Assembly (NCBI GenBank): GCA_045106895.1
Contig: JBGCFM010000154.1
Coordinates: 1 to 22,361 of the forward strand
Direction: 5' to 3'
DNA from: Polyangiales bacterium
GTDB taxonomy: Bacteria > Myxococcota_A > Polyangia > Polyangiales > Houyiibacteriaceae
DNA length: 22,361 nucleotides
Position numbers and translations under genes: made by a program. This document shows, piece by piece, positions 1-9,160 of this stretch (position 1 is its first letter; each line of letters starts with the position of its first letter). The notes below the pieces were generated by a model. It was not told the DNA's origin, did not search any database, and worked only from the letters and a program-made list of their open reading frames with translations.

Positions 1-1
1 G

Positions 2-205
2 AAGGCCACGGCCCTCGCGGCGCTGCGTTTGGTGGTCCTCGCCGTGCCTCTCGCTTGGCTGGGCTCAACGCTCTACGGACTTGCTGGGCTCTTCGGCGGA
101 ATCGTCGCCGCCAACATCACGATGGGCATCGTCGCCTTCGCCTACGCGCGTTCGGTTATCGGGCAGGTCCGCGATGAACTCGCCAGCTCAGCCGCGTCCG
201 AATAG
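2..205 (+). CDS. MATE family efflux transporter, C-terminal part (5'-truncated by window)
   Basis: Not in the ORF track. Frame 2 reads KATALAALRLVVLAVPLAWLGSTLYGLAGLFGGIVAANITMGIVAFAYARSVIGQVRDELASSAASE then TAG (203-205). Two hydrophobic helices with the R...PLA..G....G..G.F.G...AN pattern of the last MATE TM segments. Confidence 0.7.
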   Translation, partial: KATALAALRLVVLAVPLAWLGSTLYGLAGLFGGIVAANITMGIVAFAYARSVIGQVRDELASSAASE

Positions 206-492
206 CTCCACCGCCTTAGGTTGGGTTCGAAGACGCGTGGACTTGGCAGTCAGGATAGCTAGACGCGAAGCTGTACCAACGGCATTGGAACTGTAGCGGG
301 CGAGAGCCATCGTCCCATTCGGCGGCGGGATAACCCGCGTTTTGTACGCTCAGCTTGAGCTCTTGGCGTCCCCAACTGTCGATGGCTCCGGCTTTGATAA
401 CGTCTTGCGAGTACCCGGTGTGGCTTTGAGTGGTTGGAACGCTTCAGCGTTGAGGCGGCCGATGGGTAAACTGGCTTTTCGGACGCCGAGCG

Positions 493-1425
493 TTATGCGC
501 TTGGGTCGGCACCGCCGCCCGGCGTGACCGCCGCGATGGCTTCTTCAAAGTCTGGAGGCCGCGGCGCCTCGAAACGCAGCATCTCCCCGCTTACGGGGTG
601 CTCAAAGCCGAGCGTGCGCGCGTGCAACATGGGCCGCGGCGCTTCGATGACCGGCATGTTCTGGTTCTTGTAGTCGCGGATGTAGACCTTCTCGCCGATG
701 ATGGGGTGGCCCACTTCGGAGAGATGAATACGAATCTGATGCTGACGGCCCGTTTCGAGCTCCACCGTCAATAGGCTCGCGCCTTCAAAACGCTCCACGC
801 TCTTCACGTGCGTTCGCGACCAGCGGGCTTCCTTCGGGCGCTTGCCCATGGGTCGCCGAAAGACGCCCCAAGAGCCGCGAAGTCCGTCGCCGCGATTCGC
901 GATGAGCCAGCTCTCGTGTGAGGTCCGCGCTGCTTGGCCATGGACGAGCGCCTCGTAGCGGCGCTCGATGGTGTGAGAGCGAAACAGGCCCTGAAGGTGG
1001 CGCTTCGCTGCGAGGTTGCGGGTAAACACCAGAACGCCACTGGTGCCTTTGTCCAGCCGGTGAACGATGCCGAGGGGCGGCGCGAAGGACTTTGAACGCC
1101 GGCGAAGGGCCGTACGAAGCTGGTCGATGAGCGTGTCGCGCTCATCGTCGTAGGGAATCGTCAAAAGGCCCGCTGGCTTGTTGACCACAGCGAGGTGTGG
1201 GTCGACGAAGAGGATCTTCTCTTTGGCGAGCACGCCGCGGGTCAGTTTGGGGGCCGTCGGGTCCACCACCACGCTGTCGGGGTCGACGCGAACGGCTGGA
1301 TCCCGCTGGATCTCACCATCTACCTTGGCTCGCCCGGTGCGGCAGAGGTCGCGAGCGGCGTTCCAAGAGACTCCAAGATGCTCGCGAACCACGGCGGCGA
1401 GGGTCGGCTGGGTAGGTCGAGGCAC
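493..1425 (-). CDS. RluA/RluC/RluD-family RNA pseudouridine synthase
   Basis: N-terminal S4-like segment, VVNKPAGL, catalytic HRLDKGTSG, LETGRQHQIRIH, GHPIIGE, MLHARTLGFEHP. GTG start at 1425. Confidence 0.95.
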   Translation of the reverse strand: MPRPTQPTLAAVVREHLGVSWNAARDLCRTGRAKVDGEIQRDPAVRVDPDSVVVDPTAPKLTRGVLAKEKILFVDPHLAVVNKPAGLLTIPYDDERDTLIDQLRTALRRRSKSFAPPLGIVHRLDKGTSGVLVFTRNLAAKRHLQGLFRSHTIERRYEALVHGQAARTSHESWLIANRGDGLRGSWGVFRRPMGKRPKEARWSRTHVKSVERFEGASLLTVELETGRQHQIRIHLSEVGHPIIGEKVYIRDYKNQNMPVIEAPRPMLHARTLGFEHPVSGEMLRFEAPRPPDFEEAIAAVTPGGGADPSA

Positions 1426-1483
1426 GGCGGAGCCTTACGACACTCCGATGCTTGCCGCCATCTTTTGCTATGCTTCGCCGTTC

Positions 1484-4400
1484 GTGGATCTCATTCACCA
1501 GGGCCGGCACACGGATGTCTATCGAATGCGCGTCGGCGCCCGCCAAGTTGTCGCCAAGGTCCTAAGGGGCCCCTATCCCTCCGAGGAGGTGCGCTCTAGC
1601 TTTGAGCGAGAGATCCGTATCACTCGGCGGGTGGTGGGCTCGGGCATCATCGACGTGGTGGACGTGGATGAGTTTAGGGGCATGCCTCGCCTCGTCCTCG
1701 ATGATTTCGGCGCCCACTCGTTGGCCATCGCTTTTCGCGATGCGCGTCCGGCGCCGTCCCTTGTGGTCAAGCTCGCGCTCCAGGCCGTCGACGCCCTCGC
1801 CCTCGTTCACGAAGCGCACATCGTCCACAAGGATGTGAACCCGTCCAACTTGGTGTGGAACGCTGAGACCGGCCGACTCGCCCTCATCGACTTTGGCATC
1901 TCTTCTCAGTCCGACGCGGAAGCAGGACCGACGACGGTTCAGGAGCTCGAAGGCACGCTCCGCTACATCGCTCCGGAACAGACGGGGCGCGTGGGTCAGA
2001 GCGTCGACCGGCGGAGCGACTACTACTCCTTAGGCGCGACGCTCTATGAGCTCATCGCCGGGCGCCCGCCCTTCCTCGATGAGGATATGCTCGCGCTTGT
2101 TCACGCACACGTCGCCATCCGACCGTCCGCTCTGCAGGACGGAGTACCGCCTTCCCTCGCCGACGTCGTCATGAAGCTTCTCAAGAAGCGGCCGGCGGAT
2201 CGCTACCAAAGCGCGGAAGGTCTGCGTCATGACCTGCGCGAGTGCGCGCGCCTCATCGCCGCCAAGAGCGACGAGCGCTTCACCTTGGGCAGCGCCGATG
2301 TGGCGCGAGACCTCTCGATCCCCAGCCGCCTCTACGGGCGTCAAGCAGAGCTCCGGGCCCTCGTCGCCGTCGCACGGCGCTCGGCGGAGGGCGACGTTCA
2401 GCTAGGACTGGTCTCCGGACCCGGTGGCGTCGGGAAGACCGCGCTCGTTGAAACGCTCTGGCGAGAGCTCGCCACGTCCCGGACGAACTTCGCGCGCGGC
2501 AAGTTCGAACAGTTCTCGCGGGACGAGCCTTACTCTGCGCTCATACAAGCCTTCGCGGACCTTGGCGCGCAGCAGCTCATGCTCGCTTCGGCGCCCCTCG
2601 AGCGCATCAGCGCTCGTTTGCAGGACGCCCTCGGCGTCAACGGTCGCGCTCTTGAAGAGCTGGTGCCTTCACTTTCGCCGCTCCTGGGCCGCACGGCGCC
2701 GCTCCCGCCGCTCCCGCCGGCGGAGGCCGAGGCGCGCGTCCACGGAGCGATCACAGCGCTCCTGCGGGCCGTCGCCAGCGACAAAGAGCCCCTTGTGCTT
2801 CTCTTGGATGACTTGCAGTGGGCCGATGCGTCGAGTCTTCGCTTCTTGGACACGTTGCTCGCCTCGGACTGTAGGAACCTGATGGTCCTTGGCACCTATC
2901 GCCGCGCAGAGGTCGGCCCTGAGCACGGTCTCACGACGCTGATCTCCAAAGCCCACGTGGAGGAGCGCTGCAGTCACGTTGACCTCGAGCCCCTCGACCG
3001 ACGCGCCGTCATCGAGATGCTCACAGATGCCCTCGATCCGGCCGCAGATCCCATCGAACCCCTCGCCGACGCGGCCATCGCCAAGACACGCGGAAACCCA
3101 TTTTACCTGCGGCGTTTTCTTCGAGCCGTTGCGCGCGAAGATCATCTCAGCTTCGATACACAGGAGCGTGTCTGGCGTTGGCGTCTCGACGCCATCGAGG
3201 GCTACGCGGCGAGCGAGAACGTCGCTGAGTTCATGGCCAGCAAGATCGCCGAGCTGCCCGAAGACACGCAAGAAGTGCTGATGGCGGCCTCCATCCTTGG
3301 AGATCGCTTCAACCTCGAAGATGTCTCAGACCTTCTGGGAGCAGAGTTCAACGAAACTCGCGAGGCCCTCGCTCCGGCGGTTGTCGAAGATCTAGTCGCT
3401 TCCTTCCGTGTTCGTGATGGCGGCGCGTTTCAGTTCGCGCACGACCGTATTCGGCAAGCCGCTCGCTCGTGTCTGGACGACGAAACGGCGACGTCTTGGC
3501 ACGCTCGAATCGGGCGACGTCTCTCATCGGAGCCCTCGCCACCACTCTTCGAGCTTGTCCACCACCTCAACCGCGCGAGGGGTCATCTCGACGCCGCCGA
3601 GCGAACCAAGCTCGCGGAGCACAACCTCGAGGCAGGCCAGCGTGCGTTGATGAGCGTTGCGTATGCGCCGGCACTCAACTTCTTCGACTGTGGTCTCGCG
3701 AACGCGCCCACCCAAGACGTTGCGTTGAGTCTTCACCTCGGTGCCGCCGAAGCAGCGTACTTGAGCGGTCACCGACAGCGCGCCAACGTTGAGATCGATA
3801 CGGTCCTGCGTCTCAGCGATGACTCTCTTGCCCAAGCGATGGCGCTGCGTATTCGAATGCGCCAGGCGGTGAGTGCTGGGGCTTTGAGCGACGCCGTGGA
3901 CATCGGTATCGAAGCGCTGGGTCGTCTCCATGTCGACCTCCCCCATGCGCCTACGAAGCTGACCATCGCCGCGGACATGGCGCGTACGCGCATGCGGCTC
4001 CGGGGAGCACCTCTGCGCCGCATCGACGATCCTGAACTCACCGACCCGATCCAGGGCATGGCCCTTGAACTCCTCGCTGAGCTCGCTCCGCCGGTCTATC
4101 TCGCTCGCCAGGATCTGCTCCCACTTCTCGGTTGTGCCATGGCGAGGATTCACGCTGAACACGGGGTGGGCGAGCTCGCGTCCTACGGCTACGCGCTCTA
4201 CGCGCTCGTTCTCAGCGCCTTCGGCGACTACACAAGCGCCAAAGACTACGGGGACCTCTCCGAGAAGCTCGGTGAGCGTTTTCCCAGCGACCGAATCAAA
4301 GGGAGGCGCGCGCAGCTCCTCCAGGGTTTTGTTCGCCACTGGTCTCGTCCCGCCGGCGATGGACGCGCGCCCCTCGCCGAGGGGTTTGAGCTCGCCGTCG

Positions 4401-6676
4401 ACGCGGGCGACTTCGTGTGGGGCGCCTTCTGCGCGCAGATGTACATCATCCTCTCGTTTCTCTCGGGGGCGGACCTACGTGTTCTCGAGCCCGAGGGGCG
4501 CCGGTACACGGACGCCACGGCGAAGCTCAACCAAGAGCACGCCATCGCCGTCAACGAGTGCTACGGCCGCGCGACAGCGAATCTCAGGCGCGGTGCGGCG
4601 GACCCGACACGTCTCGGTGAGGAGGCGCCGCTCCACGCGACGCTTGCCTCCCAAGAGAACAACACGGGGCTCTTCAACTTCTTCTTCGTGCGCCTCTTTC
4701 TCGCCGTCGTGTATCAGTCGCCGGAGGCGCCGGAGCTGGCGAAGAAAGCCGGGCGCTATATCGACGCAGTGCCGGCGACCTATTGCGTGCCGGTGTTTCT
4801 TGCGCTGGAGATCTTCGCGTCAACGCAGAACTGGGAGAAACTCTCCTTGGGGGAACGAACTCGTTTGCTAGCGCGCGCTGCCGTGGGTCAAGCGAGACTT
4901 GGGCGCTGGGCGAAGCGAACCCCGAGCAACCACGCGTCTAAGTCACACCTCGTCGAGGCCGAGCTGGCCCGAGTGACGGGCCGCAAGGTCCGCGCCCTCG
5001 CCGAGTATGACAGCGCCATCGAGACGGCCCGCAGGTACGGAAACCGTTTTGATGAAGCCCTCGCCGGCGAGATGGCAGGACGCTACCAGCGCGCCATGGG
5101 CAACGCGCGCCTCGCCGTCGCGTACGAACGCGAGGCCGCCTACGCCTACGGCTTGTGGGGCGCCGAAGCCAAGGCGAAGAGCATGGGCGCCTATGTGAAT
5201 GTCGCGGCCGCCCAGGGCGACAAGACGACGACCTCCACGTCGACCGTTTCGAGCACCCGCTCAAAGACCGGTGGAACGGACCAGAGCGACTTGGATGCGG
5301 CGGCCGTGGCCAAGGTGTCTCACGCGCTCTCCGAGCACCTCGTCCTCGACGACCTCGTCCGATCCCTCGTGAGCATCGCCCTTGAGATCGGCGGCGGCAC
5401 CCGCGCCGTCTTGGTGGGCGCCGGCGAGCGCGTCGAGGCGAGCGTGGAAGCTGGGAAAGAAGCGGTCCGCTCCACCGGCTCCATCGAGGACTTCGGCGAG
5501 ATCCCCCTCAGCATCTTCCGCTACGTTCAGCGGACCCAGCAGGACGTCCTCTTGTCGGACGCCTTCGCCGAGGGGTCCTTCGTGAAAGACCCGGTGATTC
5601 AGGAGCAGCAGATTCGCTCCGTCTTGTGTCTCCCGGTGGTTCACCAGGCGACTCTGCGAGCTGTACTCTACGTCGAGAACGACATGTTGCCCGACGCGTT
5701 CTCCTCGCGGCAGGTCGAAACGCTCCGTCTTCTCACCGCCCAGGCGGCGATTTCTTTGGAGAACGCTGCGCTCTTCGCCAACCTCGAAGACAGCCTCAAG
5801 GCCCAGGTCCAACTGACCACGGCGCACAGTCGTTTTGTGCCTCACCAGTTCCTCCAAGCCCTCGAACGCGACCAGATCGGCGACGTCCGTTTGGGCGACC
5901 ATGTCGAAAAGGACATGTCGATTCTCTTCAGCGATATCCGCGGCTTCACGACCATCGTCGAGAACCTGTCTCCCGCCGAGAGCATCGCCTTCATCAACCG
6001 CTACCTGAGCTTTATGGAGCCGGCGATCATCGACCACGGCGGTTTCGTCGACTCTTACATCGGTGACGCCATCATGGCGCTCTTCGACGGACCCAGCGAC
6101 AACGCCGTCGCCGCCGCCGTCGCCATGCAGCGTTCGCTTCGAGAGCTCAACGCGGGCCGGGAAGGCCAGACCCCCGTCGAATGCGGCGTCGGCGTGAACA
6201 CCGGCGCGCTCATGCTGGGGACCATCGGCGGAAGCACGAGCCTCAAGTGCGGCGTCATCGGCGACAGCGTCAACCTGGCTTCCCGCGTGGAGTCACTGAC
6301 GAAACACTACGGCGTCCCGCTCCTCATCAGCGACCGAACCCGCGACGCGCTCCGTTCGCCAGGCGCTTGGGGTCTTCGCCACGTGGAGCGCATCGTGCCG
6401 GTGGGCACCTCCGAGACCGTGACTCTCCTCGAAGTCATCGAAGCCGACGTGCGCGAGGGTGAAGCCAAACGCCGTGCCGCTACGCTCCACGCCGAAGCCG
6501 TCGAGCAGTACTACGCGCAGCGTTTCGCTGGCGCTCTACGTAGCTTCGAGGCGGCGCACAAGCACCACCCCGAGGACCGCGTCACGCAAAAATACATCGA
6601 CCGCTGTGTGCTCTTCTTGCGCGACGGTGTCGACGACGCGTGGGACGGCGTGATCCGCATGCGAACGAAGAGCTGA
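1484..6676 (+). CDS. Multidomain Ser/Thr kinase / AAA (STAND-type) ATPase / helical repeat / GAF / class III adenylate-guanylate cyclase family protein
   Basis: Kinase motifs VAKVL, HKDVNPSN, IDFG, GTLRYIAPEQTGR, SDYYSLG. Walker A GPGGVGKT (2417-2440), Walker B LLLLDDLQWAD, KTRGNPFY, FQFAHDRIRQAA. GAF motifs RSVLCLPV and VLYVEND. Cyclase motifs SILFSDIRGFT, IGDAIMALF, VIGDSVNLASRVESLTK. The ORF-track start (1178) overlaps the rlu gene; GTG 1484 is preferred and ATG 1448 is an alternative. Confidence 0.92.
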   Translation: MDLIHQGRHTDVYRMRVGARQVVAKVLRGPYPSEEVRSSFEREIRITRRVVGSGIIDVVDVDEFRGMPRLVLDDFGAHSLAIAFRDARPAPSLVVKLALQAVDALALVHEAHIVHKDVNPSNLVWNAETGRLALIDFGISSQSDAEAGPTTVQELEGTLRYIAPEQTGRVGQSVDRRSDYYSLGATLYELIAGRPPFLDEDMLALVHAHVAIRPSALQDGVPPSLADVVMKLLKKRPADRYQSAEGLRHDLRECARLIAAKSDERFTLGSADVARDLSIPSRLYGRQAELRALVAVARRSAEGDVQLGLVSGPGGVGKTALVETLWRELATSRTNFARGKFEQFSRDEPYSALIQAFADLGAQQLMLASAPLERISARLQDALGVNGRALEELVPSLSPLLGRTAPLPPLPPAEAEARVHGAITALLRAVASDKEPLVLLLDDLQWADASSLRFLDTLLASDCRNLMVLGTYRRAEVGPEHGLTTLISKAHVEERCSHVDLEPLDRRAVIEMLTDALDPAADPIEPLADAAIAKTRGNPFYLRRFLRAVAREDHLSFDTQERVWRWRLDAIEGYAASENVAEFMASKIAELPEDTQEVLMAASILGDRFNLEDVSDLLGAEFNETREALAPAVVEDLVASFRVRDGGAFQFAHDRIRQAARSCLDDETATSWHARIGRRLSSEPSPPLFELVHHLNRARGHLDAAERTKLAEHNLEAGQRALMSVAYAPALNFFDCGLANAPTQDVALSLHLGAAEAAYLSGHRQRANVEIDTVLRLSDDSLAQAMALRIRMRQAVSAGALSDAVDIGIEALGRLHVDLPHAPTKLTIAADMARTRMRLRGAPLRRIDDPELTDPIQGMALELLAELAPPVYLARQDLLPLLGCAMARIHAEHGVGELASYGYALYALVLSAFGDYTSAKDYGDLSEKLGERFPSDRIKGRRAQLLQGFVRHWSRPAGDGRAPLAEGFELAVDAGDFVWGAFCAQMYIILSFLSGADLRVLEPEGRRYTDATAKLNQEHAIAVNECYGRATANLRRGAADPTRLGEEAPLHATLASQENNTGLFNFFFVRLFLAVVYQSPEAPELAKKAGRYIDAVPATYCVPVFLALEIFASTQNWEKLSLGERTRLLARAAVGQARLGRWAKRTPSNHASKSHLVEAELARVTGRKVRALAEYDSAIETARRYGNRFDEALAGEMAGRYQRAMGNARLAVAYEREAAYAYGLWGAEAKAKSMGAYVNVAAAQGDKTTTSTSTVSSTRSKTGGTDQSDLDAAAVAKVSHALSEHLVLDDLVRSLVSIALEIGGGTRAVLVGAGERVEASVEAGKEAVRSTGSIEDFGEIPLSIFRYVQRTQQDVLLSDAFAEGSFVKDPVIQEQQIRSVLCLPVVHQATLRAVLYVENDMLPDAFSSRQVETLRLLTAQAAISLENAALFANLEDSLKAQVQLTTAHSRFVPHQFLQALERDQIGDVRLGDHVEKDMSILFSDIRGFTTIVENLSPAESIAFINRYLSFMEPAIIDHGGFVDSYIGDAIMALFDGPSDNAVAAAVAMQRSLRELNAGREGQTPVECGVGVNTGALMLGTIGGSTSLKCGVIGDSVNLASRVESLTKHYGVPLLISDRTRDALRSPGAWGLRHVERIVPVGTSETVTLLEVIEADVREGEAKRRAATLHAEAVEQYYAQRFAGALRSFEAAHKHHPEDRVTQKYIDRCVLFLRDGVDDAWDGVIRMRTKS

Positions 6677-6682
6677 GCGACT

Positions 6683-9016
6683 CTACTGAATCAACGCATC
6701 AACTTGCTGCCCATCCTCAGACAAGAAGATCCACAGGCGTCCAGCATCGGCAAAGGTGCAGTCGTAGAGATCCTCAGCGAGTTGGGCCCTCACCGGCATT
6801 TCGCTGCCGTTTGAGTCCATAGCGCGAGCCGCGCACTGAATGAAGTTGGGAAACCCGCCGAACTTTGTACCCTCGACGCTCGCCCCTGGCTCGCTGTCGT
6901 ACTCCTCGTCTCTTGCCGGGTCGATGTCTGTAAACGCCTCCAACCGGTATGGGCGTAAGACCATGTCATGGCTCTCCATGCTGGCGTCCAGGTCGGAAAG
7001 GTAGCCCACGTTCATGTTCACCGGAATGAGGCGCACGCCGCCAAGCCAGGGCTCCTCTCCCTCAAACCATTCGACTGGCTCGCCAGTGTGCGCAGCTTCT
7101 TCAAGCTCGAAGAGCTCCGCCGATTGCCACAGACTCGCACCCGGGAGCGCACGAGTTTGTTCCTCGTTCGGATCACGGACGACCGCGAGCGCCGGCGCTG
7201 CACGAAAAGGAAATGCTTCTGCGTGAGTAGGAAGCACCGCGAGGACTTCGACTCCATCCTGAAGTCCTAGCTCGGCTCTCAGCTCGTCCGAGGTCTTGCC
7301 GGGTCCATCGAAGACGGTCCGCCAAGCAATTTTGGCAGACGCAGTGCTCGGCGCCGCCAAGGTATTTGGCGCGGGGACTTTGGGACGTTGCGAAGACGGA
7401 CGAACTTCAGTCGGCAAGTAGCCGGCACTTGCCGGAATGGGCCATGATTGCGGAGAGCCTTCGCCGTGATGTGGAAAGGCAATAATTGCGCTCATGATGG
7501 CGTCGAACGCGAACATAGCGAAGTCCGCGTCCACGGGCCCCATGGACTGCCAGCCGGCCGGCTCCAGGACAAGCACTCTCATTCCGCACGCGATCAATCG
7601 ATTGGACTTGCTGTCGAAGAGCAGGTGAGCCGTCGGATCCGGCAGTTTTGGAGCGGCAAGAGCAACCCAATCTTGACCTCGAAGCTGCCACAGATCGGCC
7701 CCGAGCAATGCGTAGACCCCGGCTGGTGTCGACACCATCGTTGGCCGGCCTTTCTTCAGGCGCGTTCCTTCCAGCAGCGCCCACTGATGTCCGTCGTGCG
7801 CCCAGGTGTCGTTCCGTCGGTATCCGCCGTGAAGGATCAACCGGCGCCCACTGGCGTCCCAAAAGAACGTCGCCTCCGGCCGTTCCCCCGGCTGTGATGG
7901 ACCCGTGGGCAAGCTGCGCCAAGCCGATCCGTTCCACTCCATCAGGTCGCCTCTACCCATATAGGCATAGGCGTTGTCTGTGCTTTGAGCGATAGCCAGG
8001 ACCTCCTCGTCGAGGGGCGTACTGGCCGGCTTCCAGCGCCCCGAATCATAGGTCGCGAGGCAGCCGCTCACTTCGTCGTAGCCAAGGAGTGAAGCTCCCT
8101 GAGTCACGATGCTGACCGAAAACTCGTCGTCGACACTATTTGCGTGCGCGTCGGGCCCAGCACTTCCGTGGTTTGGCGATTGGAGACCAGCCCGCCAGTC
8201 GGAGAATACAAAAGTTCGCTCGCTTTGGTGGGCGTGAGGTCCTTGCTGTCCTCCCACAACCAAGACCGTGTCGTCCGCCGCGGCGTACGCCATCGAAGCG
8301 CTGCTGATACCGATCGGGATCGTCGGGGCCCGAGGCGTCCACCATCCTCCATCGCCTTGCAGCTCGATGGTTGCGAGCGCCATCGATGAGCCCGACTCGC
8401 TGAACGCCAGACCCAGCAAGCCGGCACCTTCCACGTAGATCGGCGTCCCCTCCGTGCTACCTGCGAGGCTCACCCAAGAGTTGTTCCGAAGAACATAGGT
8501 GTCGAAGCCGGCGCCGACCACACCCCGCTGCGGGTCGTAGGTCATGGAGCGAAGCCAAGGACTACGACACAATGGCTCCAATGCGTGCGCCGTAAGCAAA
8601 CACGTCCACCCTTCACCGTCTCCAACGGCAAAGTTGATCAGTGTTCCTTGTCCGACCACATCGACGGCGCAGATCGCGTCGAGCCCGGCGGCGACGGCTG
8701 CTGAAAAGGGCAGCGGAATGACCTGCGGCGACGTCGTGCCGATGGGCATCAATGCCAAACAGCTGCCGGCTTCGTCCACCACGCCTGCCACCACAGAAGC
8801 TGATTTGGAGTGAAAGAACCCCAAGATCGAGGAGTGGTGAAGGTACCCGCCGAATCCTAGCGTGGCTTGATGGGCCCACACGCCGCCCACCCACTCGAAT
8901 GCGAGAACTTGTCCTGGTTCAGCGCCCAGCTGCCTGTTTTGTTGCAGTCTCCATACGCTTCGTCGTGCTGGGTCAGAAAAGACTGCTTCTCGTGAGTCTG
9001 CTTGGGGTAGGGCCAT
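6683..9016 (-). CDS. Hypothetical protein: Kelch-like beta-propeller repeats plus C-terminal YwqG/DUF1963-like domain
   Basis: 777-aa ORF. Repeated blades such as MTYDPQRG..., MAYAAADDTVLVVGG, MEWNGSAW, FWDASGRRLILHGG..NDTWAHDGHQW, LFDSKSNRLI. Pro/Ser/Ala linker, then TKFGGFPNFIQ...AQL...TFADAGRLWIF...Q at the C-terminus. No signal peptide. Confidence 0.7.
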   Translation of the reverse strand: MALPQADSREAVFSDPARRSVWRLQQNRQLGAEPGQVLAFEWVGGVWAHQATLGFGGYLHHSSILGFFHSKSASVVAGVVDEAGSCLALMPIGTTSPQVIPLPFSAAVAAGLDAICAVDVVGQGTLINFAVGDGEGWTCLLTAHALEPLCRSPWLRSMTYDPQRGVVGAGFDTYVLRNNSWVSLAGSTEGTPIYVEGAGLLGLAFSESGSSMALATIELQGDGGWWTPRAPTIPIGISSASMAYAAADDTVLVVGGQQGPHAHQSERTFVFSDWRAGLQSPNHGSAGPDAHANSVDDEFSVSIVTQGASLLGYDEVSGCLATYDSGRWKPASTPLDEEVLAIAQSTDNAYAYMGRGDLMEWNGSAWRSLPTGPSQPGERPEATFFWDASGRRLILHGGYRRNDTWAHDGHQWALLEGTRLKKGRPTMVSTPAGVYALLGADLWQLRGQDWVALAAPKLPDPTAHLLFDSKSNRLIACGMRVLVLEPAGWQSMGPVDADFAMFAFDAIMSAIIAFPHHGEGSPQSWPIPASAGYLPTEVRPSSQRPKVPAPNTLAAPSTASAKIAWRTVFDGPGKTSDELRAELGLQDGVEVLAVLPTHAEAFPFRAAPALAVVRDPNEEQTRALPGASLWQSAELFELEEAAHTGEPVEWFEGEEPWLGGVRLIPVNMNVGYLSDLDASMESHDMVLRPYRLEAFTDIDPARDEEYDSEPGASVEGTKFGGFPNFIQCAARAMDSNGSEMPVRAQLAEDLYDCTFADAGRLWIFLSEDGQQVDALIQ

Positions 9017-9160
9017 CCTGTTCTCGCTTTAGTTAGGGACTCTCGCCGCCGGAGTTCCTCGCCTACTACGCGCCCCTTGAATATATCTTCCTTGATATTT
9101 AGCGTTTTGCACGCAAGTCATCCGGTGCGGTGCGCCTGCCGCCGGCTCACTTCCGGTGCG

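Noticed and set aside
200..492. tmRNA/tRNA-like fragments (CTCCACC, GGTTCGA, TTTCGGACGC)
   Set aside because: The pieces are in the wrong order, with no acceptor stem, T-arm or tag-peptide frame.
1178..1483. N-terminal 100 aa of the 1832-aa ORF
   Set aside because: Mostly antisense to the rlu gene and reads as S/T/R-rich shadow sequence. Kinase similarity begins at about 1484.
2030..6490. Many 60-270 aa alternative-frame and antisense ORFs, here and across the window (e.g. 3524-4339, 5261-6037, 11989-12882, 14929-15645, 19958-20681)
   Set aside because: They overlap well-supported genes, lack motifs, and are the expected product of high-GC codon bias.
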